64,000 nucleotides of DNA from Actinomycetes bacterium (GTDB lineage Bacteria; Actinomycetota; Acidimicrobiia; Acidimicrobiales; JAJYXR01). The stretch is taken from contig JAJYXR010000026.1 in the NCBI GenBank assembly GCA_021801795.1, forward strand, positions 5,051-69,050, in the 5' to 3' direction. Positions 16,801 through 26,814 of this stretch are shown here, piece by piece (the stretch's first letter is position 1; each line of letters starts with the position of its first letter). Both the position numbers and the translations under genes were made by a program. Under the pieces are notes generated by a model that searched no databases, was not told the DNA's origin, and worked only from the letters and a program-made list of their open reading frames with translations.

Positions 16801-17850
16801 TCAAAGATGCGGGAGACTGTCTCCAGGAGCCTCGTCGGTGGGGAATATCACGACATAGCGACGCGGGTCTTCGCCCTCGGACCTGGTACCCACCCCAGCG
16901 ATCTCCGTAACGGCGTCGTGCACCACCTTGCGATCAGGAGAAGCCATGGGCTCCAGCCTGCGCTCGGTACCGCTGGTGATGACCTCCTGTGCTACCTGCT
17001 GGGCGAACTTCTGCAATGCTTCAGCCCTCTTGGCACGATATCCTGCCACGTCGATGAGGATCCGATCTACTCGCCCACCAGTGGCGCGCTGCACCGCGGC
17101 ACGGCTCAGCTCCTGAACGGCGGCAATGGTGGTTCCGCCACGACCGACGAGGAGACCGAGCCCGTCGCCTTCCACCTTTATCTCGGCAGTGGACTCGTCC
17201 AGTACCTGGCTCGAGACCGTGCCCGCGAGGCCCATCTCCCTGACTAGACCTTCCACGAACGACTTGGCCTCGCTCGCCTGAACCTCTATCGGTGCTGATT
17301 CCTGCATGGTGTCTGCTCCCTCTCTTCTCCTACCTGACCCACCTGGACGGTTCGTGTTTCCTTCCGCTCTATCGACACCGTCACTGTTCGCAGAACGCGA
17401 CCTGCGTCCATTGGACGATTCCTTCGAGGTCTCTTCCGTAGATTCGTCAGACTTGGCCCGGTTCTTCGACCCTGCCTTGGGGGAGCTCCTCTCACCCGAC
17501 TGACGTTTCGCCTTTCCTGAGCCCCTCTGCGGTTCGTCTCCATCGGGAGCACGGTTCTTCGCCGATCTGCTCTTAGTCCGATCCGAGTATCCGTCGGCCT
17601 TTTCTTTCGACGCACCCTTTGATTTTGATTCGGCGCGCGGATTCTTGGCACCCCTGCCACGCTTGGGCCGCGGCGCCTTCGGAACCACTCGGGCCCTGAC
17701 CCGCGCCTCACCTCGCAGCAGGCCGAAAAGACCAGACCTGGGCTCGGTGACCACCACGAACTCCGCGTCCGCTTCTGCCACACCCAGCTGGTCAAGAGCC
17801 GCTTCCTTGGCAATGTCGACTGTCTTACCAGTCGTTTCCACCCATTCCAT
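16801..17850 (-). CDS. jag: Jag/KhpB-like RNA-binding protein (Jag_N, KH, R3H) with a long basic disordered linker
   Basis: The N-terminus MEWVETTGKTVDIAKEAALDQLGV is Jag_N-like; a C-terminal KH/R3H region (GRGGTTIAAVQELS ... LEPMASPDRKVVHDAV) is present. Located immediately downstream of yidC. Confidence 0.85.
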   Translation of the reverse strand: MEWVETTGKTVDIAKEAALDQLGVAEADAEFVVVTEPRSGLFGLLRGEARVRARVVPKAPRPKRGRGAKNPRAESKSKGASKEKADGYSDRTKSRSAKNRAPDGDEPQRGSGKAKRQSGERSSPKAGSKNRAKSDESTEETSKESSNGRRSRSANSDGVDRAEGNTNRPGGSGRRREGADTMQESAPIEVQASEAKSFVEGLVREMGLAGTVSSQVLDESTAEIKVEGDGLGLLVGRGGTTIAAVQELSRAAVQRATGGRVDRILIDVAGYRAKRAEALQKFAQQVAQEVITSGTERRLEPMASPDRKVVHDAVTEIAGVGTRSEGEDPRRYVVIFPTDEAPGDSLPHL

Positions 17851-17855
17851 CTACC

Positions 17856-19067
17856 TCAACGAGCCCTTCTCTCGCGCTTGTCCTTCGACCGCGGGTGTGC
17901 AGTGGCCTTCGGTGGTCCATCCCCGTTCGCACTGCGCGTGCCGTTCGAATCCCCGACCCGGCCACCGGCCTTACCCGACGAGGTGCTTTCCTTCCCACCA
18001 GAGCTCCCACCGGCGGCCTTCTGGCCCGATCGATTTCCAGAGCTCTTCGGCTTCTGCGGGTTAGATCCCCGGTTCGATCCGGAGCTGCCCCCCCCTCGAG
18101 TCGTTCCCCCGGCCGCCCCCCCCTGGCTGGAAGGCTCCCTCCGGGGTGGCGGCAGGGGCGCCGGTGGGGGTGCCGGTGCGTACTTCTTCTGGAGGTCGGC
18201 GAACCTGTCCAGGAGCGTGGGGCGCCGAGGAGCCGAGGAGCCTGCGGAGGACTTCGCGCCAGCCAGGTCGTCTGAGCCCGACGGCGCTCCTGTGGGTATC
18301 ATCCCGAAGCGGAATAGGCCTTCCTGTATGGCGATCCTGCTCAGGCTGGAGACGATGAAGTAGACCACCACGCCTGCCGGGAAGTACAGGTAGAACACCG
18401 CGAACATGATCGGCATGTACTTCTGCATCATCTGCGCCTGCGGGTTGGTCTGCGCTAGCTGCGGGTTTCTCCTGTTTATCTGGTTGATCTGAAGATACTG
18501 GAGAACGATAGCCGCGACGAACATCACCCAATACGGTGCCGCTGATCCCAATGAGTGGTGGTGCGCTATGACACTCTTGGCCAGATCCACACCGAAAGAG
18601 ACCATCTTTCCAGCACTGTGGTATAGATTCTTGTAAAGGAGAGTTTGATGCCCTATATAGCGTGGTGCCGGAACTATGTGGTGGTGGACTGTTATCGTGT
18701 TAGTAAGTCCACGAATAACGTCATAGAGGATTATAAAGACTGGCATCTGAATTAACATTGGTAGACAGCCGCCAGCAGGGCTTACGTTATTCTCACGATA
18801 GAGCTTCATCATCTCTTCGTTGAGCTGCTGCCTGTCGCCCTTGTACTTCTGTTGAATCTTCTTCAGCTCGGGTGCCAGCCGCTGCATGGCGACCATTGAT
18901 TTCGTGCTCTTAATAGTTAGCGGGGCCGTAACAACCATCACAGCTAGCGTAAGTAAGGCTATCGCTATTGCGTAATTCGGGGTGAGCGCATAGAAGACTG
19001 CCAGGAGCTCCGCTATGAGCTTGAAGAGTGGTTCAAAGATCTGGCCGATGGTGCTCGCGATTATCAT
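17856..19067 (-). CDS. yidC: Membrane protein insertase YidC (short Gram-positive type) with a roughly 140-aa basic Gly/Ser-rich C-terminal tail
   Basis: Conserved core motifs (MQRLAPELKKIQQKYKGDRQQLNEEMMKLYRENNVSPAGGCLPMLIQMPVFI). Position downstream of rnpA and yidD. Confidence 0.95.
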   Translation of the reverse strand: MIIASTIGQIFEPLFKLIAELLAVFYALTPNYAIAIALLTLAVMVVTAPLTIKSTKSMVAMQRLAPELKKIQQKYKGDRQQLNEEMMKLYRENNVSPAGGCLPMLIQMPVFIILYDVIRGLTNTITVHHHIVPAPRYIGHQTLLYKNLYHSAGKMVSFGVDLAKSVIAHHHSLGSAAPYWVMFVAAIVLQYLQINQINRRNPQLAQTNPQAQMMQKYMPIMFAVFYLYFPAGVVVYFIVSSLSRIAIQEGLFRFGMIPTGAPSGSDDLAGAKSSAGSSAPRRPTLLDRFADLQKKYAPAPPPAPLPPPRREPSSQGGAAGGTTRGGGSSGSNRGSNPQKPKSSGNRSGQKAAGGSSGGKESTSSGKAGGRVGDSNGTRSANGDGPPKATAHPRSKDKRERRAR

Positions 19068-19084
19068 GTATCTTCGCGCTCCTG

Positions 19085-19480
19085 CTACCCGGGAGATCCG
19101 GATCTAGAGGCGTGCGCGCCCCGACGCACCGGCTGTGGCGCTACCGTGCTGCTGGACAGCGCGTCCGACACGCGGGCGCGCCCGGGGACGGGGTCGAAAC
19201 CCGATCCACCCCATGGGGCGCAACGGGCCAGCCTCGCTGTAGCCATGCGAAGCCCCCGGGACAGGCCGTGTATCTCTATGGCCTCCAGCGCGTAGCTGGA
19301 ACAGGTCGGCAGGTACCTGCACGGCGATGGCCTGCCAGACCTGGCCCCCTGATAGGCGCGGATGAGCCAGATCGCCAGCCTGGCGGGCCAGGATGCCGGC
19401 CTGGTCGACTCGGGGCGGGTCGACTCGGGGCGGGTCGCGGTGCTGCCATCCGTGGAGGGAAGTCCCGAGGTGTGCTGCAT
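19085..19480 (-). CDS. yidD: Membrane protein insertion efficiency factor YidD
   Basis: Core motif [35 protein letters not shown] chose the ATG at 19480, 2 nt after the rnpA stop. The N-terminus contains a 15-bp tandem repeat. Confidence 0.8.
   Translation of the reverse strand: MQHTSGLPSTDGSTATRPESTRPESTRPASWPARLAIWLIRAYQGARSGRPSPCRYLPTCSSYALEAIEIHGLSRGLRMATARLARCAPWGGSGFDPVPGRARVSDALSSSTVAPQPVRRGAHASRSGSPG
19403..19439. repeat. 15-bp tandem repeat, about 2.5 copies (GGTCGACTCGGGGCG), inside the yidD 5' end
   Basis: Copies at 19403-19417, 19418-19432 and a partial at 19433-19439. It encodes [13 protein letters not shown]. Confidence 0.85.
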
Positions 19481-19482
19481 CG

Positions 19483-19869
19483 CTATCGCTTCTCCGCGCT
19501 GGCTAGGTGCATTGCTCGGTGCAGGGCTCGGCCGAGCTCCTCGAAGCCCAGTTCTCTGGCCTCGGGAAATGCGCTCACCAGGTAGGCTCCCGGGCGCAGA
19601 TCGGGCTCGGCCAGGCTCGCCGCCGCCCGCAGGCGCCGGCGCAGGCGGTTGCGCTCTGCAGCGCATCCGACGCGCTTGGTTATCGCATATGCCACCTGGG
19701 GATGCACTTCTACTGGCTCCCGGGTGCGCGCCGTAGAGGCCGGGTTCACCGGGGGCACCTGGTGGGCGGTGTTGTCCACGTAGCTAACCCTTAGCGGTCC
19801 GGCGCTGGCCCTTCTCCTGCTCTGCCGCAGGGCGTCGAAGGTGGAGCGCCCACGCACTCGCCAGATCAC
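19483..19869 (-). CDS. rnpA: Ribonuclease P protein component
   Basis: Basic protein with an RNR-like motif ([12 protein letters not shown]). I chose the GTG at 19869, 10 nt after the rpmH stop. The longer track ORF overlaps rpmH. Confidence 0.85.
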   Translation of the reverse strand: MIWRVRGRSTFDALRQSRRRASAGPLRVSYVDNTAHQVPPVNPASTARTREPVEVHPQVAYAITKRVGCAAERNRLRRRLRAAASLAEPDLRPGAYLVSAFPEARELGFEELGRALHRAMHLASAEKR

Positions 19870-19879
19870 GGGTGTTTCC

Positions 19880-20014
19880 CTACGCTGCCAGGCGCCGGCG
19901 ACCCCTGAGGCGCCTGGAGCGTACGATCGCCCTTCCGGCACGCGTCGCCATGCGATGCCTGAAGCCGTGCTTCCTGGCACGCCTGCGCGTGTTGGGTTGG
20001 AATGTGCGCTTCAT
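19880..20014 (-). CDS. rpmH: 50S ribosomal protein L34
   Basis: Hand translation of the minus strand gives [44 protein letters not shown]. It is too short for the ORF track. Canonical position divergent from dnaA. Confidence 0.95.
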   Translation of the reverse strand: MKRTFQPNTRRRARKHGFRHRMATRAGRAIVRSRRLRGRRRLAA

Positions 20015-20294
20015 CTCGATCTTCCCGTCCTTGAAAAAAGGCACCGGCGGTGCCACGAAGGCGGACCTCTCCAGACCAAGGAGCTCACTGACTCGTCGGT
20101 CCGAGCGGACTGGACCCCACCATGCTATGCGCGCTGGGCCACCGCCACCACTTCAGACCTTCTGCCAGGCTTTTCGAGCCCGCGAGCAAGCGCCCTGCCG
20201 GGGGTGTACCTTTCTGTCCATCTACCAGTCGGTCCCGTACTCGCCATTGGCGCCATTCGAGCGGCGCCTCGAACCTCGGCTGGTACTGGTCCGG

Positions 20295-20324
20295 AATCCA
20301 CACCTGTGGATTACCCTGTGGACG
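20295..20324. promoter_or_regulatory. Cluster of three DnaA-box-like elements in the dnaA promoter region
   Basis: AATCCACAC (20295-20303); TGTGGATTA (20306-20314, reverse complement TAATCCACA, 8 of 9 to TTATCCACA); CTGTGGACG (20316-20324, reverse complement contains GTCCACA). Located 18-47 bp upstream of the dnaA ATG. Confidence 0.55.
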
Positions 20325-20341
20325 CAACCGAGGACCGGGGG

Positions 20342-21868
20342 ATGAAATCCGAGGTGAACGCAGCTAAGGACTTGTGGAAGCGTTGCTCTGAGGCCCTGAG
20401 GGACCAGGTGTCGGAGGCTACCTGGCACGCGTGGCTGTCCGGCCTCGAGCCGCGCTCGGTCACCGAGGACTCGGTGCTGATCGACGTGCCAAATGCTCTC
20501 GTCAGAGATCGTGTCCAGGAGCGTTTCATCGGCCTCATCGCCGCCGCGTTCACCGAGCTGACTGGCAAGGAAATGAGCGTCAGCCTCGCAGTGGCACCGA
20601 TGGCACCCTCACCCCACGAAGGAGCCGGCGGTGCTCTTGGCCTGGGCCTTTGCCGAGCCGACACCGAGGCTCCGGACACCGTTGCCTTGCTGGGTCCCGA
20701 GCGCGCCGGTATCCCTGCGGACCATTCGGCGGGGGGTTTCGGGGCCGAGCTGGAGCTGGTCCAGGACGGGTACGTCCGGGCTACCGGTTACCCGGGACGG
20801 GAGAGAAGCTCTCCTTCTGGCCGTCCCACCAGGCATCACGACGACAGCCTGGACTCGCGCTACAGCTTCGAGGCGTTCGTCATAGGTTCCTCGAACCGCT
20901 TCGCCCACGCGGCGGCCCTCTCGGTGGCCGAGGCCCCTGCCAAGTCGTACAACCCTCTCTTCATCCACGGCGGGGCGGGACTCGGCAAGACCCACCTGCT
21001 CCACGCCATAGGAAACTACGTCAGGGACAACTTCGCGGGGCGCTACGTCCGCTACGTCTCTACGGAGACATTCATGAACGAGTTCGTGGACGCGATCCGC
21101 TCGAACACCACGACGGCGTTCAAGCGGCGCTACAGGGAGTGCGACGTGCTGCTCATCGACGACGTCCAGTTCATGGAAGGAAAGGAGCAGCTCCAGGAGG
21201 AGTTCTTCCACACCTTCAACCACCTCTACGGTGCATCTCGCCAGATCGTCCTCACCTCGGATCGTCCCCCCAAGTCGATTGCCACCCTGGAGAACCGGCT
21301 GAGAAGTCGTTTCCTGTCAGGTCTCATAACCGATGTCCAGCCTCCGGAACTGGAGACCAGGCTGGCCATCCTCAGGAAGAAGGCTGATTCAGAGCTACTG
21401 GATGTCCCCGCCGAGGTGCTCGAGTTCATCGCCACCCATGTGAAGGACAACATCCGGGAGCTCGAGGGGGCCCTGATCAGGGTCGCGGCCTACGGCAGCC
21501 TGAACCGCCAGCGGGTGGACCGGGAGCTCGCTGAGCACGTCTTGTCCGATCTCGTGGCTGCCGACCAGCCACGCCGGATCACACCCCAGATGATCCTCGC
21601 TGCTACCGCCTCTACGTTCGGGTTCAGCGTGGACGAGCTCTGCGGACCGAGCCGTCGCCGTCCGCTGGTTACCGCGCGCCAGATCAGCATGTACGTATTC
21701 CGTGAGCTCACCGACTTCTCCTACCCGGCCATAGCCCGCGAGTTCGGCGGCAGGGATCACACCACTGTGATGCATGCCGTGGAGAAGATATCCGCCCTCA
21801 TGAAGGAACGCCGCCAGATATACGACCAGGTCACAGAACTAATAGTGCGTATCAAGGCAGAGAGATGA
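20342..21868 (+). CDS. dnaA: Chromosomal replication initiator protein DnaA
   Basis: Walker A motif [16 protein letters not shown], the box VII region and a C-terminal DNA-binding domain ([11 protein letters not shown]). The ATG at 20342 is preceded by GAGGA. The track ORF from 19841 runs antisense through rpmH and rnpA. Confidence 0.95.
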   Translation: MKSEVNAAKDLWKRCSEALRDQVSEATWHAWLSGLEPRSVTEDSVLIDVPNALVRDRVQERFIGLIAAAFTELTGKEMSVSLAVAPMAPSPHEGAGGALGLGLCRADTEAPDTVALLGPERAGIPADHSAGGFGAELELVQDGYVRATGYPGRERSSPSGRPTRHHDDSLDSRYSFEAFVIGSSNRFAHAAALSVAEAPAKSYNPLFIHGGAGLGKTHLLHAIGNYVRDNFAGRYVRYVSTETFMNEFVDAIRSNTTTAFKRRYRECDVLLIDDVQFMEGKEQLQEEFFHTFNHLYGASRQIVLTSDRPPKSIATLENRLRSRFLSGLITDVQPPELETRLAILRKKADSELLDVPAEVLEFIATHVKDNIRELEGALIRVAAYGSLNRQRVDRELAEHVLSDLVAADQPRRITPQMILAATASTFGFSVDELCGPSRRRPLVTARQISMYVFRELTDFSYPAIAREFGGRDHTTVMHAVEKISALMKERRQIYDQVTELIVRIKAER

Positions 21869-22105
21869 CCTGTGGGTCCGGCTGTGGAGAGGTTGTGGGA
21901 TATCGTCTCTACCGGTGGAACGGCTCCGGGGTATTACCATGCTTCATTCCCGTCGATGGCGGAACCGGGCGGCTCCTGTGGAATCCACCGCACCGCCTGT
22001 GTGGAGAAATACTGGCACCCAGCAGGCAGTTTGCCTTGTAACCCACAATCCACAGCCACTACTACCATTACCTGTTTTTAAATACCATCTAGGAAAGGAC
22101 CCTGT
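21869..22105. other. Probable oriC (dnaA-dnaN intergenic region)
   Basis: A 237-bp non-coding gap with at least seven CCACA/TGTGG-core DnaA-box-like elements (for example 21881-21889, 21893-21901, 21976-21984, 21998-22006, 22041-22049, 22047-22055). An AT-rich tract, TTACCTGTTTTTAAATACCATCTA (22068-22091), lies next to dnaN. This is the usual actinobacterial oriC position. Confidence 0.7.
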
Positions 22106-23218
22106 GTGAAGTTCCGCTGCGAGCGAGACACCTTGGTCGAAGCCCTCACCACGGCCGGCCGGGCTACCGCCGGTCGTGCCACCACCCCGGCGGCGTCAGG
22201 CGGGGTGCGCATGGCCGTGGACGGTAACGATCTGCGGGTGACCGGTACGGACCTGGACCTCACCATCCGCGTCGAGACAGAGGTGATCGGCCTGGACAAC
22301 GGCATCTGTGTGGTACCAGCGCGCCTGGCAGCCGACATCGTGAGATCACTCGAACCCGGTGCGGTGACTATCGAGGACTCCGATGGGGAGGTGGAGATAT
22401 CGGCGGCCAGATCGCGCTTCGTGGTCAGAACCCTGCCAGTGGAGGACTTCCCAGTCCTCGTTGAGCCGGCGGGCAACCATGTGGAGCTGGACACGGATAA
22501 ATTCGCGGAGGCGCTCCGCCAGGTGGTCAGGGCTGCATCGACCGACGATGCACGACCCCTGCTGACCGGCGTTCTCATTACACGCTTCGGTGACGGGATT
22601 CGCCTCGTGGCCACGGACTCCTACCGGCTGGCTCTCAGGGACATGACGGGAGCAGAGGCTGTTCCCGATGGGGTGGACGAGCTCCTGGTCCCTGCCAGGG
22701 GACTCGGAGAGCTCCAGCGTCTCATTGGATCCTCCTCGAAGGAGGACCGTCCGCTTGGCCTGTCCCTGGCCGACACCGATGCCACCTTCAGGGTGGGCAA
22801 CACGAGGCTCACCACCCGCCTGTTGAGTGGAAAGTTCCCCGACTACCAGCAGCTGATCCCACCGGGGTACCCGAGCAAGCTGCTAGTGGGCAGAGACGCG
22901 ATACTCGAGGCCCTACGGCGCGCACGCCTGCTGGTGCGCGACAACACGACCCCGGTCAGGCTGTCCATGCGGCCGGGAACTCTCGAGATCAGCGTGTCCT
23001 CCCAGGAGGTCGGCCACGAGAGCGAGGAGATAGACGCCGAGCTCGACGGTGAGGAGACGACGGTGGCCTTCAACCCTGCATATCTAGCCGACGGGATCGA
23101 GGCGGTACAGGGAGACGACGTCCTCATCGAGACCACCGACTCCTCCAAGCCGTCCACGGTACGTGCGCCGGCCCAGGAGGACTACCGATATCTACTGATG
23201 CCGGTACGGGTTTCCTGA
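22106..23218 (+). CDS. dnaN: DNA polymerase III beta sliding clamp
   Basis: 370 aa with a GTG start. Typical DnaN N-terminus (KFRCERDTLVEAL) and C-terminus (YLLMPVR). Confidence 0.95.
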   Translation: MKFRCERDTLVEALTTAGRATAGRATTPAASGGVRMAVDGNDLRVTGTDLDLTIRVETEVIGLDNGICVVPARLAADIVRSLEPGAVTIEDSDGEVEISAARSRFVVRTLPVEDFPVLVEPAGNHVELDTDKFAEALRQVVRAASTDDARPLLTGVLITRFGDGIRLVATDSYRLALRDMTGAEAVPDGVDELLVPARGLGELQRLIGSSSKEDRPLGLSLADTDATFRVGNTRLTTRLLSGKFPDYQQLIPPGYPSKLLVGRDAILEALRRARLLVRDNTTPVRLSMRPGTLEISVSSQEVGHESEEIDAELDGEETTVAFNPAYLADGIEAVQGDDVLIETTDSSKPSTVRAPAQEDYRYLLMPVRVS

Positions 23219-23233
23219 CCACCGCGGCTGGAG

Positions 23234-24334
23234 ATGGCCCTGTCGAGGATCTCCCTGACGGATTTCCGGTGTTTTTCCCAGGTGGAGGTCGACATCGCCA
23301 TCGAGGGGACCACAGCCCTCACGGGACCGAACGGGGCCGGGAAGAGCTCGGTGGTCGAAGGGGTCTCCTGGCTCGCGGACCAGAGATCTTTTCGTGGCTC
23401 CCAACGCGATTTGCTGGTGCGGACCGGGGCCGACCAGGCCATGGTGATCGCTGACCTCGTGGTGGGGGGGAGAAAGATCGGGATCAGGGCCCTGCTGCCC
23501 AGGACCCGCAACGCGACTCTGGAGATTAACTCGAACCGGGTGAGGAATACGTCGTCGGTGTCCGAGGTGCTCCGGGCTGTCACCTTCTCGCCGGATGACC
23601 TGCGGCTGGTACAGGGAGGGCCGGCCGACAGGCGCTCCTGGCTGGACGGGATCCTTTCGGCGAGGAGCCTACGTGCAGCGGAGCGGATACGGACGGTTGA
23701 AAGAGCGCTCCGTCAGCGCGCTGCCCTGCTGAAGCAGATTGCCCGTAGGGGGGGAGGGATCTCACCAGAGGTGGGATCGACCCTGGACGTATGGGACGAA
23801 CGGTTGGCGGGCTGCGGCAGCTTGCTCGCCGAGGATCGTGAGGATCTGGTCGGGCGGCTCTCTCCACTGGTAGACGCCTCCTACCGTGATCTGTCGGGGT
23901 CGTCCAGTGAGGTGAGCCTTCTCTACAGGCGCTCCTGGGAGGGTGACCTCCAGGAGGCCCTTGTGCGCGGACGGCAGGACGATGTAGTCAGACAGGCTAC
24001 GGGGGTGGGACCTCATCGAGACGAGCTGGTCGTGCTGCTCGACGGCAGGACGGCGCGCTCCCAGGCTTCCCAGGGGGAGCAGCGTTGCATAGCCCTGGGC
24101 CTGAAGGTGGCCAGCCACGCCGTTCTGAGCGAGCCCGGTCGCGAACCACCGGTGCTGCTGCTCGACGACGTCTTTTCCGAGCTGGACCACTATCGCGCGA
24201 CGGCTCTCGTCGCCCAGTTGCCGAGGAACCAGACCATCCTCACGACCGCGGGCGACCTCCCGGCGGGGATGGAGATAGGGAAGGTCGTCGAGCTCACAGC
24301 CGATCACAGCCTCGCGGCCCCAGGAATTCTCTAG
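23234..24334 (+). CDS. recF: DNA replication and repair protein RecF
   Basis: Walker A motif GPNGAGKSS, signature SQGEQR, Walker B motif LLLDDV. Confidence 0.95.
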   Translation: MALSRISLTDFRCFSQVEVDIAIEGTTALTGPNGAGKSSVVEGVSWLADQRSFRGSQRDLLVRTGADQAMVIADLVVGGRKIGIRALLPRTRNATLEINSNRVRNTSSVSEVLRAVTFSPDDLRLVQGGPADRRSWLDGILSARSLRAAERIRTVERALRQRAALLKQIARRGGGISPEVGSTLDVWDERLAGCGSLLAEDREDLVGRLSPLVDASYRDLSGSSSEVSLLYRRSWEGDLQEALVRGRQDDVVRQATGVGPHRDELVVLLDGRTARSQASQGEQRCIALGLKVASHAVLSEPGREPPVLLLDDVFSELDHYRATALVAQLPRNQTILTTAGDLPAGMEIGKVVELTADHSLAAPGIL

Positions 24335-24342
24335 GCCATTCG

Positions 24343-24672
24343 ATGGACCGCCCGAGGAAGAGGCGCCCCGGACGCCCTGGCCAGGAGCCCGTGACCATCG
24401 GCGAGGCCCTGGATTCACTGATCGGAAGGATTAGCGGTCAGGACGTCACAGGGATGAGCGGGACCTTCGCCCGGTGGGAGGAGGTGGTGGGAACCACCAT
24501 GGCGGCTCACGTCAAACCGGTCGGCCTGGAAGGAGCCGACCTGGTACTGGAGGTGGACCACCCTGCGTGGGCCACCCAGGTCCGAAGGATGGCACCCGAG
24601 ATCCTCACGGGCCTCCGAGATGCACGCGCGTTGCCCGAGGGAACTCGGTCCGTGAGGGTGAGGGTCAGGTAG
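24343..24672 (+). CDS. DUF721 (DciA-like) protein
   Basis: 109 aa. The C-terminal part, LVLEVDHPAWATQVRRMAPEI, is typical of DUF721. Conserved position between recF and gyrB (Rv0004). I chose the ATG at 24343; the track ORF from 24085 overlaps recF. Confidence 0.8.
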   Translation: MDRPRKRRPGRPGQEPVTIGEALDSLIGRISGQDVTGMSGTFARWEEVVGTTMAAHVKPVGLEGADLVLEVDHPAWATQVRRMAPEILTGLRDARALPEGTRSVRVRVR

Positions 24673-24701
24673 TGGCCGCTTTTACGAGGCTGCACCGATG
24701 A

Positions 24702-26777
<2,076 letters not shown>

Positions 26778-26814
26778 GAGCGGACCGGCCAGCAGACGAA
26801 AGACTAGGAGCGAC

